Assembly: GCA_004431415.1 (NCBI GenBank)
Contig: QPMI01000693.1
Span: 1-64,000, forward strand
From: Cyanophora paradoxa CCMP329
Taxonomy: Eukaryota > Plantae > Glaucophyta
DNA length: 64,000 bases
Direction of reading: 5' to 3'
Part shown: piece after piece, positions 40,702-55,530 of the stretch
How the letters are laid out: each line of letters starts with the position of its first letter
Numbering within the stretch: position 1 is the first letter of the stretch
The notes under the pieces: model-generated
The model's database searches: none
Seen by the model: only the letters and a program-made list of their open reading frames with translations
Told to the model about the DNA's origin: nothing
Position numbers and translations under genes: made by a program

Positions 40702-40880
40702 TTGGTAGGAGGTGAAAAAATGACGCTTTACTTTCTCTTTTTTATAACCTAAGCCAAATCATTAAAGTGCCGTGGGCAACCGAAAAGCATTTAAGGACTT
40801 GCTGAGAAGATAAGGTAAAAAGGAATTCATCAATTCCTCGGATTATTTTCTTTGAGAAAGTTAAGAACCAATCGCTGAAA

Positions 40881-41344
40881 ATGAACGCTAACACGAAAAT
40901 CGCAACTCCCTGTGAGAGACTCGGTAACCTGTGCAAATTTACACCTGAGAAACATAATTGGGGGTCATTTCTCCATTGTCTCACTCCGAATACTGACAGC
41001 GAGACTGTCATAGAGTATTTCGACCATCAGATTACGGAAAGGATTAATGATGATTTGAAGAAAGGAAAAAAACCGACCTACGCCGAATGCATTCAGCCAA
41101 ACGAAATTACCCGTGTCTATCTGGATTATGACGGCTATGTGGATCTTAAACCGGATGTTGCCGATAACTACAAGGAAGCCGATGAATTCATCCGTGAGAT
41201 GCGCAACAGACTACACGAACTCACCGGTGCTACCATTGCTGTTTCAGTGCGTCATCGTCCTGTCCATTTCGTTAAGGAAGATGTGACCCAATTTAAGGTA
41301 TCGGGGCATTTCGTCTTTACCGATCTGTGCTGTCGTCATGAAGA
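40881..41344 (+). pseudogene. 5' fragment of the primase-helicase, truncated at the duplication junction
   Basis: Matches 52581-53043, then switches to GC-rich sequence. Confidence 0.9.
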
Positions 41345-41351
41345 TGCCCTT

Positions 41352-44300
41352 GATGCCCAAGATGCCCTTCGCCAGCATCTGCGGGCCGGCGGGGGTCGGC
41401 GGGGAGGGGCGGCCGCGGCTGCGCGGGCGGCTGGGGCGCACCTCGGGCTTGTAGGCCGGGTCCGAGCTGAGCACCAGCAGCCAGAGCAGGTGCCCGGCCG
41501 CCTCCGCCATGCGGTTGAAGTAGAACTCCTCCGGGCCCGTCAGCAGGCCAATCGTGCGCCACTCGCCCTTGGCGATGTGCCGGGCACGGCGCCCATGAGC
41601 AGCCGCAGGCGCTGCGCCGCGAACAGCCGGCGGGCGTCGGCATCGCGCCCGGGCTTCGGCTTGCTCGGCGTGTCGAAGTTCTCCTCCGTCATGTTCAGCG
41701 CCGCGTGCATCGCCCGCACGTCCGCGTCCTGCGATGCGCCGCGGCGCCTCAGCCGCTGCGAGCGCAGAGAGAAAGAGGCAGCGAGCACCTCCGCGAGCCG
41801 CAGCCGCGACAGACGGAGTCGATGGAGAACTGCACCGACGGGCCGGGGGCACCCTCGGCGTTCAAAGTCTGCGCCGCGGCCAGCTTGCGCTTGCGCTCGG
41901 CCAGCTCGGTCTTGCGCAGCACATCCTTGCTGTTCGGGCTGAACTGCATGCCGTCCTCCAGCGCCCGGGCCTGCGCCTCCTTTGCCTGGTCGCTGATGCC
42001 GGCCTCGAAGACCGTCCAATCGATGCCGAAGCTGTCGCCGACGCAGAGAACGTCGTACAGCGTGTTCCTCGCCAGCTTAGCCGGATCTCCGGAGGGAGCG
42101 CGAGCCGAGACATGCCGCCGCCGCTGCTGCTGCCGCCGCTGCTGCGAGTGCTGCGCGCGGGCTGCGAAGGCTTTGGCGCCAAGTTTCCAGCTGGTTTGAA
42201 CGAGCGGCTTGCATTGCATCGCCAGAGAGAAAAAGCGAGAAACCGACGGGGGGTTGCAGCCTGGGGGGTACGCGATTTTGAGGGGGGGAGAAGCGCGCTT
42301 CAAGTCTGAGTCTTCGCGAGTTAGGGGGGGGAAGAAGTCAACGGGGAATAAACCGTGAACGGAATCCGTTGAGACGTTGTTGTGAACCCGCGGGCACTAA
42401 CAGCTGCGCACGTAGTTCGTTGAACCCGTCTGCCGCACCATGCAGGCGGCGACCTTCCGCTCTTGCGCGAGGCAGCAGCAGCCCGGCGAGCAGGACAGCA
42501 TAGCCCGCGATCTCGGCAGCCTATCGGCGGAGGAGGCGCTCAACGCGATGACCTACGATAGCGTGTTCAACTCGGCCGGCGTGCCGCGCTTCGAGCCGTT
42601 CGGCGGGCTGAAGAAGATCCAGAACACGGACGGCCGCCCGAAGCGCTTGAAGACCAAGGGCCAGTTCACGCCGGTGAATAAGTTCAACGAGGTTCGCGGT
42701 TTCGCCCGCACCGCTTCGGCCCCGGCTCACATGCCCGGCTCGCGTGCCCCGCGCGCAGATCGTGCCTTTCAGCATTCACGAGCTGCCGGAGTATGTGAAG
42801 GCGAAGTACGGCTTCACGCACGGCGATGTGGCGCTGTTGCTGATGTCCGACAATACGGCGGCGGCTGCTTCAACAGCATCGCGCTCCATCGCGATTTCCA
42901 TCCGCGCGCGATCTTCTCCGGCACTCCGGAGCAGAAGGAGTTCCTCGCGGACCTCAAATCCGGCAGCGGCGGCGCCCACGGGTGAGGGCCCTTCCCTGCG
43001 CTCGCGTGCCCGCGCTTGCTCACGCGCGGGCCGCCGCAGCTCTTGATCGCGCGGGATCAGTGCCTGGCGTCGGTGACGGAGAAGGAGAAGGCCAGCCCGT
43101 CCGGCCTCGGCGTTCGGTGCGATTACGTCATCGTCACCAAGCGCATCAACCCGACGTACGCCAAGAAGTACGACCTCAACTTCGTCTACGTGAAGGAGGG
43201 CCGCCGGCCTCGCAGTACACCGTCACCGTCCAGGCCGCATCTGCGCCGGTGAGACCATCCAAGGCGCGTACCACGGCGTCGGCACGCTCCCGTCCGGCGG
43301 CTTCTTCGACGTCGTTGATCACATGTTCCTCTCCTGCGCCGATGACATTTACGTGCGCGAGAGCCCGCCCTTTCCCCTTTCCCCTGCCCCTGCGCGCGCT
43401 AAGGTCGCGTCCGCAGGTCGGAGAGAACCCGAGCGCGGAGAGCCCGCTGGGCTACGCGTACTGGCTGGTCAGCGTGCAGAAGGTGCTCTCCTGCGCGGCC
43501 CTTCGGAAGTACGCCAGCGTCTGCGACTCCGGCATGCGCCCCAGCTCCAGCTTCTCGTGGATCAGGGCCGGAGCGACGAGACCCGCCAGCGCCACCGCGA
43601 TCTCGCGCGGGCGGCCGTGCTGAAGCTGGAGGAGGTTCTGCGCGAGGGCCACCCAAACGGGCCGGCCCGCGCCCGTGAGATCCTCTCGGCGGCCATCTCC
43701 GTGATCGTCGGCGAGCTCTCGCACACGGTCCGCCGCCGCCCCGCTTAGCCCGCCTCTCCTCCCTGACCCCGGGCCCTCGGAGCGCAGGAGGAGTCGGACG
43801 TTCTCACGGCGCGGGCGGACGAGTTCCAGCGCCAGGCGGAGAAGATCAAGTGCTGGTACGAGAAGGTGAAGAAGGCGGAGGAGACGGACCTGCGCGACTG
43901 GGGCAGCAAGAGCGGCGACGCCGAATTCGACCGCGACAAGCTCAAGCGCGTCTTCTACTGGATGCGCATCTGCGCCAAGCTGGAGGCGCTGATGGACGAG
44001 TGGCACATCGAGGGCGTCCGTCTGGCGAAGGCGATGATCGCCATGGAGTGGGGCCACGGCCACCCGGCGCGCAAGGAGTGCAGCATGCTGGCCAAGGAGA
44101 TCGGCCGCCGGGGCCGCTACATCAAGGAGGTGGCCTACGGCATCGAATGTGCGTCCGCCCCGCCCTTGGCCTGCGCCCCCGCCCTTGGCCTGCGCCCCGC
44201 GCTCTCCCCGCTCACCCCCTCTCCCGCAGTTACCATCCCGCTCGTCCAATTCTTCCAGCGCGAGTTTGTGCTGATCCAGGCCTCCATCATCAAGATCGGG

Positions 44301-47300
44301 TCGCTCCCCTACGACGAGATTGACGAGACAAGGGACGAGGGCCAGGCGGAGGCGGAGGCGCGCTGGGGCGATGCGGCGTTCAGCGCCGTCTGGGGCGTCG
44401 GGGACAACGCGCTCTCGCCCCCCGCCCCGTTCGGCTTCAGCGGGCGGCCCGCGCTGGCGTTCGACGAGCACGGCCTCCCCGAGCTGGCGGAGGCGGACGC
44501 CGTCGGCTTCAACTGGGCGACGTTCGAGGCCCGCATCGACGAGAAGGCGAAGGAGGCGCAGATGCGGCTGCTGGAGGAGGGCCTCGTCCCGGCGCCGGTG
44601 CCCGCGCCCTTCCCCCTTCCTCTCCTCCTCGGCCCCTCTCACCGCCTCCTCCAGCCCCCGGCGTCCTCGGCTCCGGCGTCCTTGGCTCCGGCGCCCTCGG
44701 CCCCGGCCCTCTGCCCCACCTACGGAGAGAGGTGTGCCCACCGCGCCGATTGCGCCCTCAACGGCTCCCACCTCCTGCCCGCCAAGAAGGCCCGCCTCGG
44801 CCTCTTCTCACCCCACCCTCTCAGCCCGGTGAGTGACTCTGAATCCTCGGAGGGCTCGGAGGCCTATAGCACGCCCCGCGACCCCGACGCCCCGCCCCAC
44901 AAGGCCGGCGCCTTCGGCTTCTGTGAGTGACGCCCCGCGCAGGCCCTCTCGGCGCCGCCCGTCGCCAACCGCACCGCCTTCGTCCAGGTGAGTGCCAGGG
45001 CTGCCGCGAGTGGCGGCTCGAGAACTTCTCGGCTCAGGTCCCCGCCACGCAGCAGGCCCGCGCGATCCCGGCCTCGCCGCCCGTCGTCCCCGTCGCCGTC
45101 GCCGTGGAGGGCGGCGTCTTCGAGATGGAGCTGGAGCCGGCGCCCTCGCAGGCCTCGCTCGCCTCGGCGCGCTCGGCGGCCCTCGCCACGCAGGGCTCGC
45201 CGCCCGGGCTCGCCGCCGCCGTCGCAGGCCTCGGCCGTCGCCAACTCGCCGTACGATGACATGCCGCCGGTGCTCAGCCCGAGGACGACTTCCCGGGCCA
45301 CTGAACGACACTGAGACGGTGAGCGCAGGCCCGCCCCGCCCTCCGGCCCCTCTCCGAGCAAATGGTCCACAACGCCATAGTGGACGCCATGTGGGATAAC
45401 AGGGGCCGCCTCCCCCACCCATTCCGCTACGTCTCTATGGCCCTCCGCGGCCTCGCCTTCCCGCCCCCCTGCACCGAGCAGCTCAACCAAATCCTGCGCG
45501 GTCTGATTCATTACAGACTCGCCTACCCGGCCTGGGCCTGAGCTACACCAAGCTACGGTGAGTCCGACCAAGAGACGTGTCCGGACCCTCCCTACTTTCT
45601 TTATAGATTATTGGAAAGGTCCGGACACTAGAGGAGGGAGGGCGTACATAAGTAGTCTGACCAAGAGACGTGTCCCGACCCTTCCAGATCTTTAAATTAA
45701 TATCTGAGAGGGTCGAGACACTAGAGGAGGGCGTACAACTTAAACTCGCGCAGCGCCGCCTGCTCCTCGCTGAGGTTCTCTGACTTCATTCGATCGCTGT
45801 AGGGCTCGGGCGGCGTGCCCTCCTTGACGTGCATCCAAAATAGATGTAAGCACTTCCTCATGAGCTCGATGTACCTCTCGTCGCGCCTGACGTACCACGT
45901 TTGCACGCGCAGAGGAGTGAAGCAAAAAAGTTCGGCCCACTCGCGGCCCGTGATGTCCAAAAGTCCCTGTAATTGAGTCATGTAATAAGTAGGAACTTTA
46001 TCGTACAGTTCGCCCTTGTACGGGCATTTCACCTCTAAAATTCTATCATTTCCTATAAGTCCGTCGGGACTACCGGCGAGGAACGGCATTTCTTTATGTT
46101 CGTGCAGTCCAGTATGTTTAATGTCCACGTTATTGTTCAACGTTTTGTAGAGAGAGACCGCGAAGGGCTCATAGTCATGCCCATAGGTTAGGGCAGGGTT
46201 GTCAAAGTTGTTTTCCTCCGCTATCCCGCTTAGCTCCGCCCAGAGGCGGGCCCTGGATTTCCAGGGTTTATGCCGCACGCAGCCGCAAAGTTCGAGGCAG
46301 TTAGCTTTTCGCGGCGCGCCGCGTGCCACGCCGCGCTCCCTGTTGCAAAGTCTCGCAATCTGTATCGGTATGCATAGCTTAGCCTCGCAGTAGCGTTTAG
46401 AATTTCTTGATGTGTGCAATTGCAAATGTCTGATAATCAGACTACCCTCCCACCGCTATCGGGTACATCCGAGATTACACTAAGCAGGTAAACGGGCTGA
46501 TCGGCTGGGTGAAAGAAGAGATCCCCAATACAATGCGAGACGGCGGCATGGCTGCGACGTATTTGCGCGATGTGGCACGCCGAGGCCTCGAGTCCAGGGT
46601 AGACATCCGAACGTATGAGCCGCCGGTGACACATAGAGAAAGCCCGCGTTTTACCCTCGGCTTAGTTAAATTAAATTTTGTTAATAATTTACCTATATTT
46701 CTTTTATATTTTACGATAATTTAAGTGAAATTTATCTTTATTGTTGTCTTTTATGTGTGTATTTCGTATATATTACTATTAAATTGTTACTGAAATTTTT
46801 CTTAATTGTAATTCCGATGCAATTCACTCGAATCTATCGTAATCATTTTAATCTGAGGTGGATCTTTAACTAATCTAAATTATATCTCGCCTCAGTTTAA
46901 AACGCGGGCTTTCTCTATGTGTGATATTACGCATTATCGTGTATAATTATATGAAAAATATGAATATGCATTTTAACTTTAAATATTTGTAAATTATGTA
47001 TTAATTTATATTGATAATATGTGTGAATTTATAATGGAGTTCCATGGAAAAATAATAAAATGTTCCGTGGGATTAAATGCGATGATAATATTAATTTGAT
47101 ATGGTGCGTTTTCTTACGTAAAACAGCTATAAGTCGTCAGACAAGCTGCCTCGGCTGCGCCTGTGCTGTATGGAATGTGGGGAAATATTAAATATGAACA
47201 TGTTGAGATTGTATGAATGATATAATGTTTTTGTTATAGGTTCTAAGTGTAAATGGTGCATTTATTCATTTGAAGGAGACCACCACCCATTTAATTGGAA

Positions 47301-50300
47301 ATTTAAATATTAACACTGAGTTGCATTATGTCCAATTAAACAGTTGATATAATGGGATTCTGTTTTTTACCGTTATAAAATTGTATCTGATGTGCATTAT
47401 GTCCTTTTAAACAATCATTGAGATTGCTGTGTATTTTGTTGGAATACATGATTACTGCATTATGTCCAATTAAACAATTGATAAAATGGGATTCTGTTTT
47501 TTACTGTGATAAAATTGTGTCTGATGTGCATTATGTCCAATTAAACAATCGTTGAGATATCGGATGAAAATAATTCACTCGTTACTGCATTATGTCCGAT
47601 TAAACAATTGATGGAATATCGGATGAAAATAATTCACTCGTTACTGCATTATGTCCAATTAAACAATCGATGAAATATCGGATGAAAATAATTCACTCGT
47701 TACTGCATTATGTCGAATTAAACAATTGATGGAATATGGGATGAAAATAATTCACTCGTTACTGCATTATGTCTAATTAAACAATTGATAAAATGGGATT
47801 CTGTTTTTTACCGTTATAAAATTGTGTCTGTGGTGTATTATGTCCAATTAAACATTTGAAGAGATTGACGAGATAAAAATAATAAAAAGTGTCACTGAGT
47901 TGCATTATGTCCAATTAAACAATTGATAAAATGGGATTCTGTTTTTTACCGTTACAAAATTGTATCTGATGTGCATTTTGTCGAATTGCTTGTATTAAAC
48001 TGTTTTGCTCTTCTATGTATTCGATCTTAATTTAATGTGAAGGTTACGTTAATGTTTAAAAGTTACATGGAGTTACGTGATGGGTTACGTAGAGATTTTA
48101 CGATTACTAAGACCATTCTCAGTGTTAAAATGGTTGATTTATCGTTATTTTGTCACTGTGAGTTACGGTTACGCAACTTTTTGAATTCTTTCTGAAAATT
48201 TGGCTGGGGTCTTTTTATAGGTGAAGGTCTAAAACTTGCGTAACCACGTAACTTGCGTAACCTCTACGACATTATGGTGTCATTTCTCTATTATTTAGGT
48301 TACGTAACGTTTTTACTTACGTAACTTGTGTAACCTTAACGTAACCTTGTTATTCTTACATTTAATCATTGTTATACTATGATATCATGATAACTAAAAA
48401 TGATATATGATAATTGCTTATCTTTAACCACGTAGAGATGTTAGATGATCACAATCGAACATCTTAAAGATCTTGCATATCTCATTTTCAGGATCGGTGA
48501 CATACCATAGACGGTGTCGCTTATCAAATAAAGCGCCTTGGTTTTTAATGTATTTACGTAATGATGCCTGGGTAAATATACGTTTAGCTTCTATTTCAGG
48601 TAGTTTAGTTTTAATGTCACCAACGAAATATAGACGTTTCGGGCGATTATGATAATCAGGATCGATAACAGTGGGTTTATTGTAGGAAAGTGTTTTAAGA
48701 TTCTATGAAACTTGTGTGAAACAAACCAATACCCTGTGTCATCATCGAATTTAACGCCACAATCTTTGATATCAAATATTGATCTGAAACAAGTATTACG
48801 GAGGTTGCTTATATCCAATAAGAAAGCGCCGTAGTAATGGTGCGGCTCGTTTGTGGTGTTTCCGAAATAAATGAATTGATCCATTTGTAATCAGATGTTA
48901 AAAAGATTGTCAATTTTTCATAAATCCTTCTCTGTAAAGTTTTGGTTAAACAATTGGAAAGTTGCGGTTACACAACGGTTACACGGCGGTTACACTTGGT
49001 TACGCGGGTTACAGGTGAGGTTACGTAGTGATTTTTCGATAAACCATACCATTTTCAGTGTGGTAATCGATAAAAATAACCATTTAGATACAGGGAGGTT
49101 ACGGTTACGCAACTTTTTGAATTCTTTTTAAAAAAATGGCGGGGGGTCTTTTTATAGGTGGAGGTCTAAAACTTGCGTAACCGCGTAACTTGCGTAACCT
49201 GACGAGATTTATGGTGTCTTTTTGGTATTTTTAAGGTTACGTAACGTTTTTTCTTACGTAACCTGTGTAACCTTAACGTAACCTTATTATAACATCTAAA
49301 ATTCATCTGTTATCAAACGGTAGCGGTGTGATACATTTGATCGTGTTATGAGAAGCGATAGGATCCACTTGTGAAGCGATGAAAAATGAAGCAAATCTTA
49401 AAACTTAAACAATAAGTGAGATACAGCGGAATATACAATATGAACGCGTTCGATATCCTGACCTACATTAAGAGTATTACCATATTCCCGTTCTCATCGA
49501 TGCTGAGCTATCTTTAAAGAAGGCAAACCCTAACACTATCTGTATTGTGCCGTATGATACTAAATATCGTGCGTATTTCGAAATGTTTCGTAAAAACTCG
49601 GGATATTCACCTAATACCCGTTTCGTCTGCTTTCTCACATTAGAGACTCACTATATTCTTGTTCCGGTTCTAACTGAAACATCGTGTAAATCGTTTATCT
49701 CTAAGATCATCTCTAAATGGTCTGCTAACCTTCCTACTGAATCTAATGAAACTAAGGAGTGCGTCATATGTCTCGATGATTGTAAAAGTAAAATACAAAT
49801 GTCTTGTTTGACATGTTTCGCCAAAATGTGCAACACATGCTATTTACAGTTGAAGAGATCAGAGAGCTTTAAATGTCCGATCTGTCGTAATGACATAAAG
49901 ACGCAACGTGATTAATGTAAAAATTGATGGAAGATAAAAGTTTTTCCGCTCTGACATGAAAGAGAAAATGAATAATGGACATTGGGTGACTTTGGCGACA
50001 TTGCATAATAAGAAGATTGAGCTTATCCATCGGGAGATTGACCTTAAACACACAAAAAGACAAGACCATGAAAGACTACAAAATGTTAAACAGTATATTG
50101 ATGCAATCGATGTAATGATAGATGTAGTGAATACAATCGCTAAAATTAAGACCATGTGAATTTCATCGATGTTTTTTATTACTTCTGTGTGCGTTTTTCA
50201 AGCTTCTGTCTCAATCTGAATGTAATAACGCTACCATCATGTCGTGCCTTCCCCCTTTGAATCGCTTTCGATATTTCCCTGGGTGTGTTCTCATCGAAAT

Positions 50301-53043
50301 CAATGAATCGGGAAACCTTCTTTTTAAACTCTCTCTGTAAATATCCGGGTAGTTGGTTGATATTACACCCATCGTTTTTCTTAACAAGATTCTCGTAAAT
50401 AATGCTACTGCGGTCATCCTGTGATAAATCGGGATTTTGAAGCTGTTCTATGAAAGCGTCGGGAATCCGTGAAGTCATTGTAGGTTACACTGTCTATTTT
50501 GGCGGGTTGTCATTTTTTGCATCGGTTACATAGAGGTTACAAGAAGTTACAGATGAGTTACGCAACAGGCTACGTAGATATTTCACAATTGCAAGACGAC
50601 TTTCAGTGTTATAATACAGGAGATTTAGTATTTTTAACACTGGCGGTTACGGTTACGCAACTTTTTGAATTCTTTTTAAAAAATGGCGGGGGGGTCTTTC
50701 TCAGATAAAATAGTGAAAACTTGCGTAACCGCGTAACTTGCGTAACCTCTACGACATTATGGTGTCATTTCTCTATTATTTTGGGTTACGTAACGTTTTT
50801 ATCTACGTAACTTGTGTAACCTTAACGTAACCTTATTATTTAACATTCATCTTTCTTATTCATTTGCATATAACTTAGGCTCTAATGCTTCCATTCCGTC
50901 AAAAAATAGCTTAGTTCTACAAACTGAACACTTAGCATTCTCATGTGATTCAAGTGAAGAGAGGAAACACTTAGGACAAACTAGTGTATTGCAAACGATA
51001 CAGCCTTTATTACTTACATTGGTGTCAATGTTTTCAAGACAGATAGGACATGTTTCATTCGGACTCTCAAAGTTTTCCCTCGCGAATGATTTAATAATGA
51101 TTTCTACAAACCATTTGGTGTTCTCGTCATCAAGATATGGGACTAACATGTAACGATGTTTATATGATAATGCAAAACGAATAGGTTGAAGGGCATGATA
51201 TCCCGCCTTTTCTTTCCATGCATCAAATACCCCTTTATTCTTGCGGTTCTGTTGAATAAAGTATATAATCTGTCTTTCGTTGGCTTTCATTAAGAATTTC
51301 GTATAATTCTTATCATTCAGTTTATCTGATGCATTGACTACGGGATATGGCGAAATCGATTCTATAAGTTTCAATATATCGTTTAAATTCATTGGGTTGT
51401 GCTACTATCTGTTACAGTTTCTTTAATTAACTTAGAGTTTCTCAATGTCGAACACTCTTTTAAGAACGCCATCAATTCTTACAGCATGTGATTTAATCCC
51501 GAAAATGCGCTTAATCACGATTCCGATGGCTGTTTTTGAAATCGGAAAGTCTATAAGCTCTTCTATTTCAGCATGGATTACATCGGAAGGTGTATAATCA
51601 CCGTCATTACTTAACCTGTAACTATGCATTAAATACGCTTCCACATGGGACATCTCATGTTGATATTCGCCCATCTCATGTTGATATTTGCCCATCCATG
51701 TTGATATTCGCCCATCTCATGTTGATATTTGCCCATCTCATGTTGATATTCGCCCATTTCCATTTCATCCGTTACAATTTCAATGTATTCGATGCCTTCC
51801 ATGTTACACTTTACTGTTACAGATTGAAAATTTTGTTACAAGTTTTACGGTTGATGTCCAAAAATTGACGCTGTAAAACACAGAAAGGTATTTAAGGGTT
51901 TGACTTAAAAGAGAAGTGAAAGGGATATTATCTAACTCTTATATAGAGGAATAATGGCGAATACTCGGAAATCAAACCAAGAGCTTTTCGCTATTCAGAA
52001 TGGGGAACCTGTCCCACCGGTTGAAAGGAATATAAAGAAGGAAAAAACAGGATTGACTGAGGAAGAACGGGAAGAAAAGGCAAGAATAAGAAGGGCAAAA
52101 GATGCGGAGAGGAAGCGTGTAAAGTATCAGGAGATGAAACAACAAAGAATCGCAAATGGTGAGAAAACAGTTAATCCACCGGAGAGATTGGAAAAGATGG
52201 CTTTGTATATTCAGCGGCGATATGCGGAGGATGAAAAATTTAGGAATAGAAGGAAAGAGATAACGCGGAACTACCAAGAACGGAAACGCCTCGAAAAGGC
52301 TTCTAAGGTAACTGAGCAAGAGACGGCAAAGAAAGGGGACGACCTCGTAAATACAATACTTGTAATCCGATGCATCATCGGAAAAAATCGTAGCGAATTG
52401 ATTGGTAGGAGGTGAAAAAATGACGCTTTACTTTCTCTTTTTTATAACCTAAGCCAAATCATTAAAGTGCCGTGGGCAACCGAAAAGCATTTAAGGACTT
52501 GCTGAGAAGATAAGGTAAAAAGGAATTCATCAATTCCTCGGATTATTTTCTTTGAGAAAGTTAAGAACCAATCGCTGAAAATGAACGCTAACACGAAAAT
52601 CGCAACTCCCTGTGAGAGACTCGGTAACCTGTGCAAATTTACACCTGAGAAACATAATTGGGGGTCATTTCTCCATTGTCTCACTCCGAATACTGACAGC
52701 GAGACTGTCATAGAGTATTTCGACCATCAGATTACGGAAAGGATTAATGATGATTTGAAGAAAGGAAAAAACCGACCTACGCCGAATGCATTCAGCCAAA
52801 CGAAATTACCCGTGTCTATCTGGATTATGACGGCTATGTGGATCTTAAACCGGATGTTGCCGATAACTACAAGGAAGCCGATGAATTCATCCGTGAGATG
52901 CGCAACAGACTACACGAACTCACCGGTGCTACCATTGCTGTTTCAGTGCGTCATCGTCCTGTCCATTTCGTTAAGGAAGATGTGACCCAATTTAAGGTAT
53001 CGGGGCATTTCGTCTTTACCGATCTGTGCTGTCGTCATGAAGA
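41352..53043 (+). repeat. ~11.7-kb tandem direct repeat of 29627-41344
   Basis: Near-identical; differences are mostly 1-nt homopolymer indels. Contains second copies of the + multi-exon gene, YqaJ (45721-~46373, frameshifted), the array (47322-~47985), GTTAC repeats (48042-48347, 48966-49284, 50524-50833) and RING genes. Confidence 0.96.
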
Positions 53044-55459
53044 CATCCCGAAATTCTTAAATGTAATCGGACTAACGCCAAAGGTGGATTATGACCCACT
53101 CGTTTATAAGACAAGGCAGGCGCTTGTTTGTCTGGGTAGTTGCAAGGGTAAATGGTTGGATTCCCAAAACAAGACTAAACGCGATGTTGATAAGGATGTA
53201 GTATTTACCAAATTCGTGGATTGTGAAACCATGTATGACAGCGACTTTTTCGCGCAATTCACGGATTGCCCCACTGTGCTTATCGATGAATCAAACATGT
53301 ATATGTTTGATGCTAACCTAACCCAAGATGAGAAAAACGAACGGTCGGCAAAGGCGGAAGTTGCAAAAGAGCAAATGAAGGAGGAAGGCAAGACTGAAAC
53401 CAAGAAGGAGACGACCAAGAAGGAGACGACCAAGAAGGAGACCACAACAAAGAAGAAGGAGACGGCGACGACAAGCAAAAAAACAACAAAGAAAACGGAG
53501 AGTGAAGAGCAGCCGGAGGAGTCTAATAACGTTTCATTTGAGAAACTGAGAGAAGTCGTGATGGGTCTTAGTGCTGAAAGATCGGATACATACGAAGGTT
53601 GGCTTAATGTTGGTTTCGCAATCGCGAATGTTGGAGAGGAAAACAATATACCACCCACGAAACAGGAGGCGCTGTTTCACGAATACTCCGAGAAAAGCCC
53701 TAAGTATGATTATGATGAATGCGCGAACAAATGGATGAGTATCCGCAAAGGCAAAAAATCCGGTTCCGAAAACAAAACTATAACTTTCGGCTCACTTGTG
53801 CATTATCTGAGAGAGGATAACCCGGACACGTATTATGGACTGTTTAAACCAAGCCGACAGTTTGCATTTATCGATGAGGAGGTGTGTATGGATGAGAATG
53901 ACTATTCCGATGTTAGCGCCATGAATGATAAGATGGCTCAAATCAAATTAGAAATGGATAAGACGCTATTAAGTCAAGGTCTCCCACTTCCTGTTAGCAA
54001 GATCTGTAAAGCATTAATTGGCTACAAAGTGCGGTTTTCACGTGGTCTGTGGTTGATCCTGAATGAGAAAACCGGATTTTGGAAGGTAGATAATAAGTAT
54101 GATGGTGGTATGATAACTCTTATCGGTGAGGTTGTCGGGAAAGCATACTTAGACCGGAGAACCATTGGGCTACCAAGGCGGCAAAGGCGGAGGAACAGAG
54201 CGATAAAAAGGAATTCGCAGTAAAGGCAGCCGCCTGTGCAAAAATTGCGCAAAAACTTAACTGTGGAGGTTACACGAAAGGACTTCTTACATATCTCTCT
54301 CATGACCTTTACGATGAGACATTTGCCGATAGGTTGGATTCAGTCGCGAATGTTGTTGGCTTTGACGATGGCGTTTATGATCTTAACACGTTTGAGTTCC
54401 GTAATGGTCGTTCTTCTGATATGATGACTAAGACAGTCTGTTATAACTATGATATTCCGGTGGATCCTGAGAAGGTCAAACGACTCAATGACTTCTACAT
54501 GGATATCACAGGTGACAATGTCGAACTTGCAAGATACATTAAGGCTGTTTATGCCAAGTCTCTAACGGGTAAAAATAACATGCAGTTTTTCTATATGTTT
54601 ACGGGTATCGGCTCGAACGGAAAGAGCGTAATCGAAAATTTCATGCATAAGACATTTGGCGACTACTCACGAAATATGAGCATTGGGATTTTCACGAAGG
54701 AGGATAAAGGTAATGGAATGATTCCGGAACTTGCGAATAAGCAAGGTGTTAGGCTCGTCCATACAAACGAACCAAACACGGGTAGCAAACTGTTGTCGGG
54801 ACAAATCAAGAATTTCACAGGTTGTGATGAGATCACAGTAAGAACCCTTTTCAGAGAACCCATTTCATTCGTTCCGATGTTTGTTATCGTCATCCTCTGT
54901 AATAATAACCTCGAATTTGATCAGCCCGACAATGCAGTAGCGCGCCGCTTCCGTTCTGTTCCATTTCAGCAGGTCTATGCCGTCGAACCTAAGCCCGGAC
55001 AGAAGAAAGCGGATAAAGACCTTACCGGTTGTTGAATCCCGATAATGACGTAAATGGTGAATGGCGCAGGGCAAACATGGAGATTCTCATAGACATGCTT
55101 AAAAACCATGATGTTAATCATATAATCGACCATCCGCCAAATGCATCCTCGAACATTCCGCTAATTATCTCGCGGACAGCGACCGTATCGGCACATTCCT
55201 AAGGGACAACTACGCTTTGGCGGAGGATAACACGAAATACATAATATGTGACGATCTGTTTAAGGATTGCTCAAATACGATGAGAGATGTTGATAGAAGA
55301 GCAGCGATAACAGGACGAGCTGTAAGCAATAAGGTGATGGAGGTGTTTAAGATCGGCTCGACTGTAAAAAAGGTTGGTGGAAAATCGAAGCGTGTTTATC
55401 TCGGTCTCACAAAGAACCGCGCTAACGATTTTGAAGACGATGACGAAGATGTGGAATAA
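52581..55459 (+). CDS. AEP primase + PriCT-2 + D5-like SF3 helicase + winged helix (apparent frameshifts)
   Basis: YLDYD and SGHFVF (AEP), YEGWLNVGFA (PriCT-2), GFDDGVYDL (D5_N), GIGSNGKS, VHTNE, ILCN; frameshifts differ from those in the inverted copy. Confidence 0.9.
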
Positions 55460-55530
55460 AACTTATTGGAAAATATACTATTGATATCTTTTTTATGATC
55501 ATGAACCGTAAGACTCGGTTCTTAATAGAA

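Noticed and set aside
40881-41942. 353-aa primase fusion protein
   Set aside because: Read-through across the duplication junction into the antisense strand of another gene.
41352-53043. Pseudogenisation or divergence of the second copy
   Set aside because: Differences are almost all 1-nt indels in homopolymer runs, typical of long-read consensus error.
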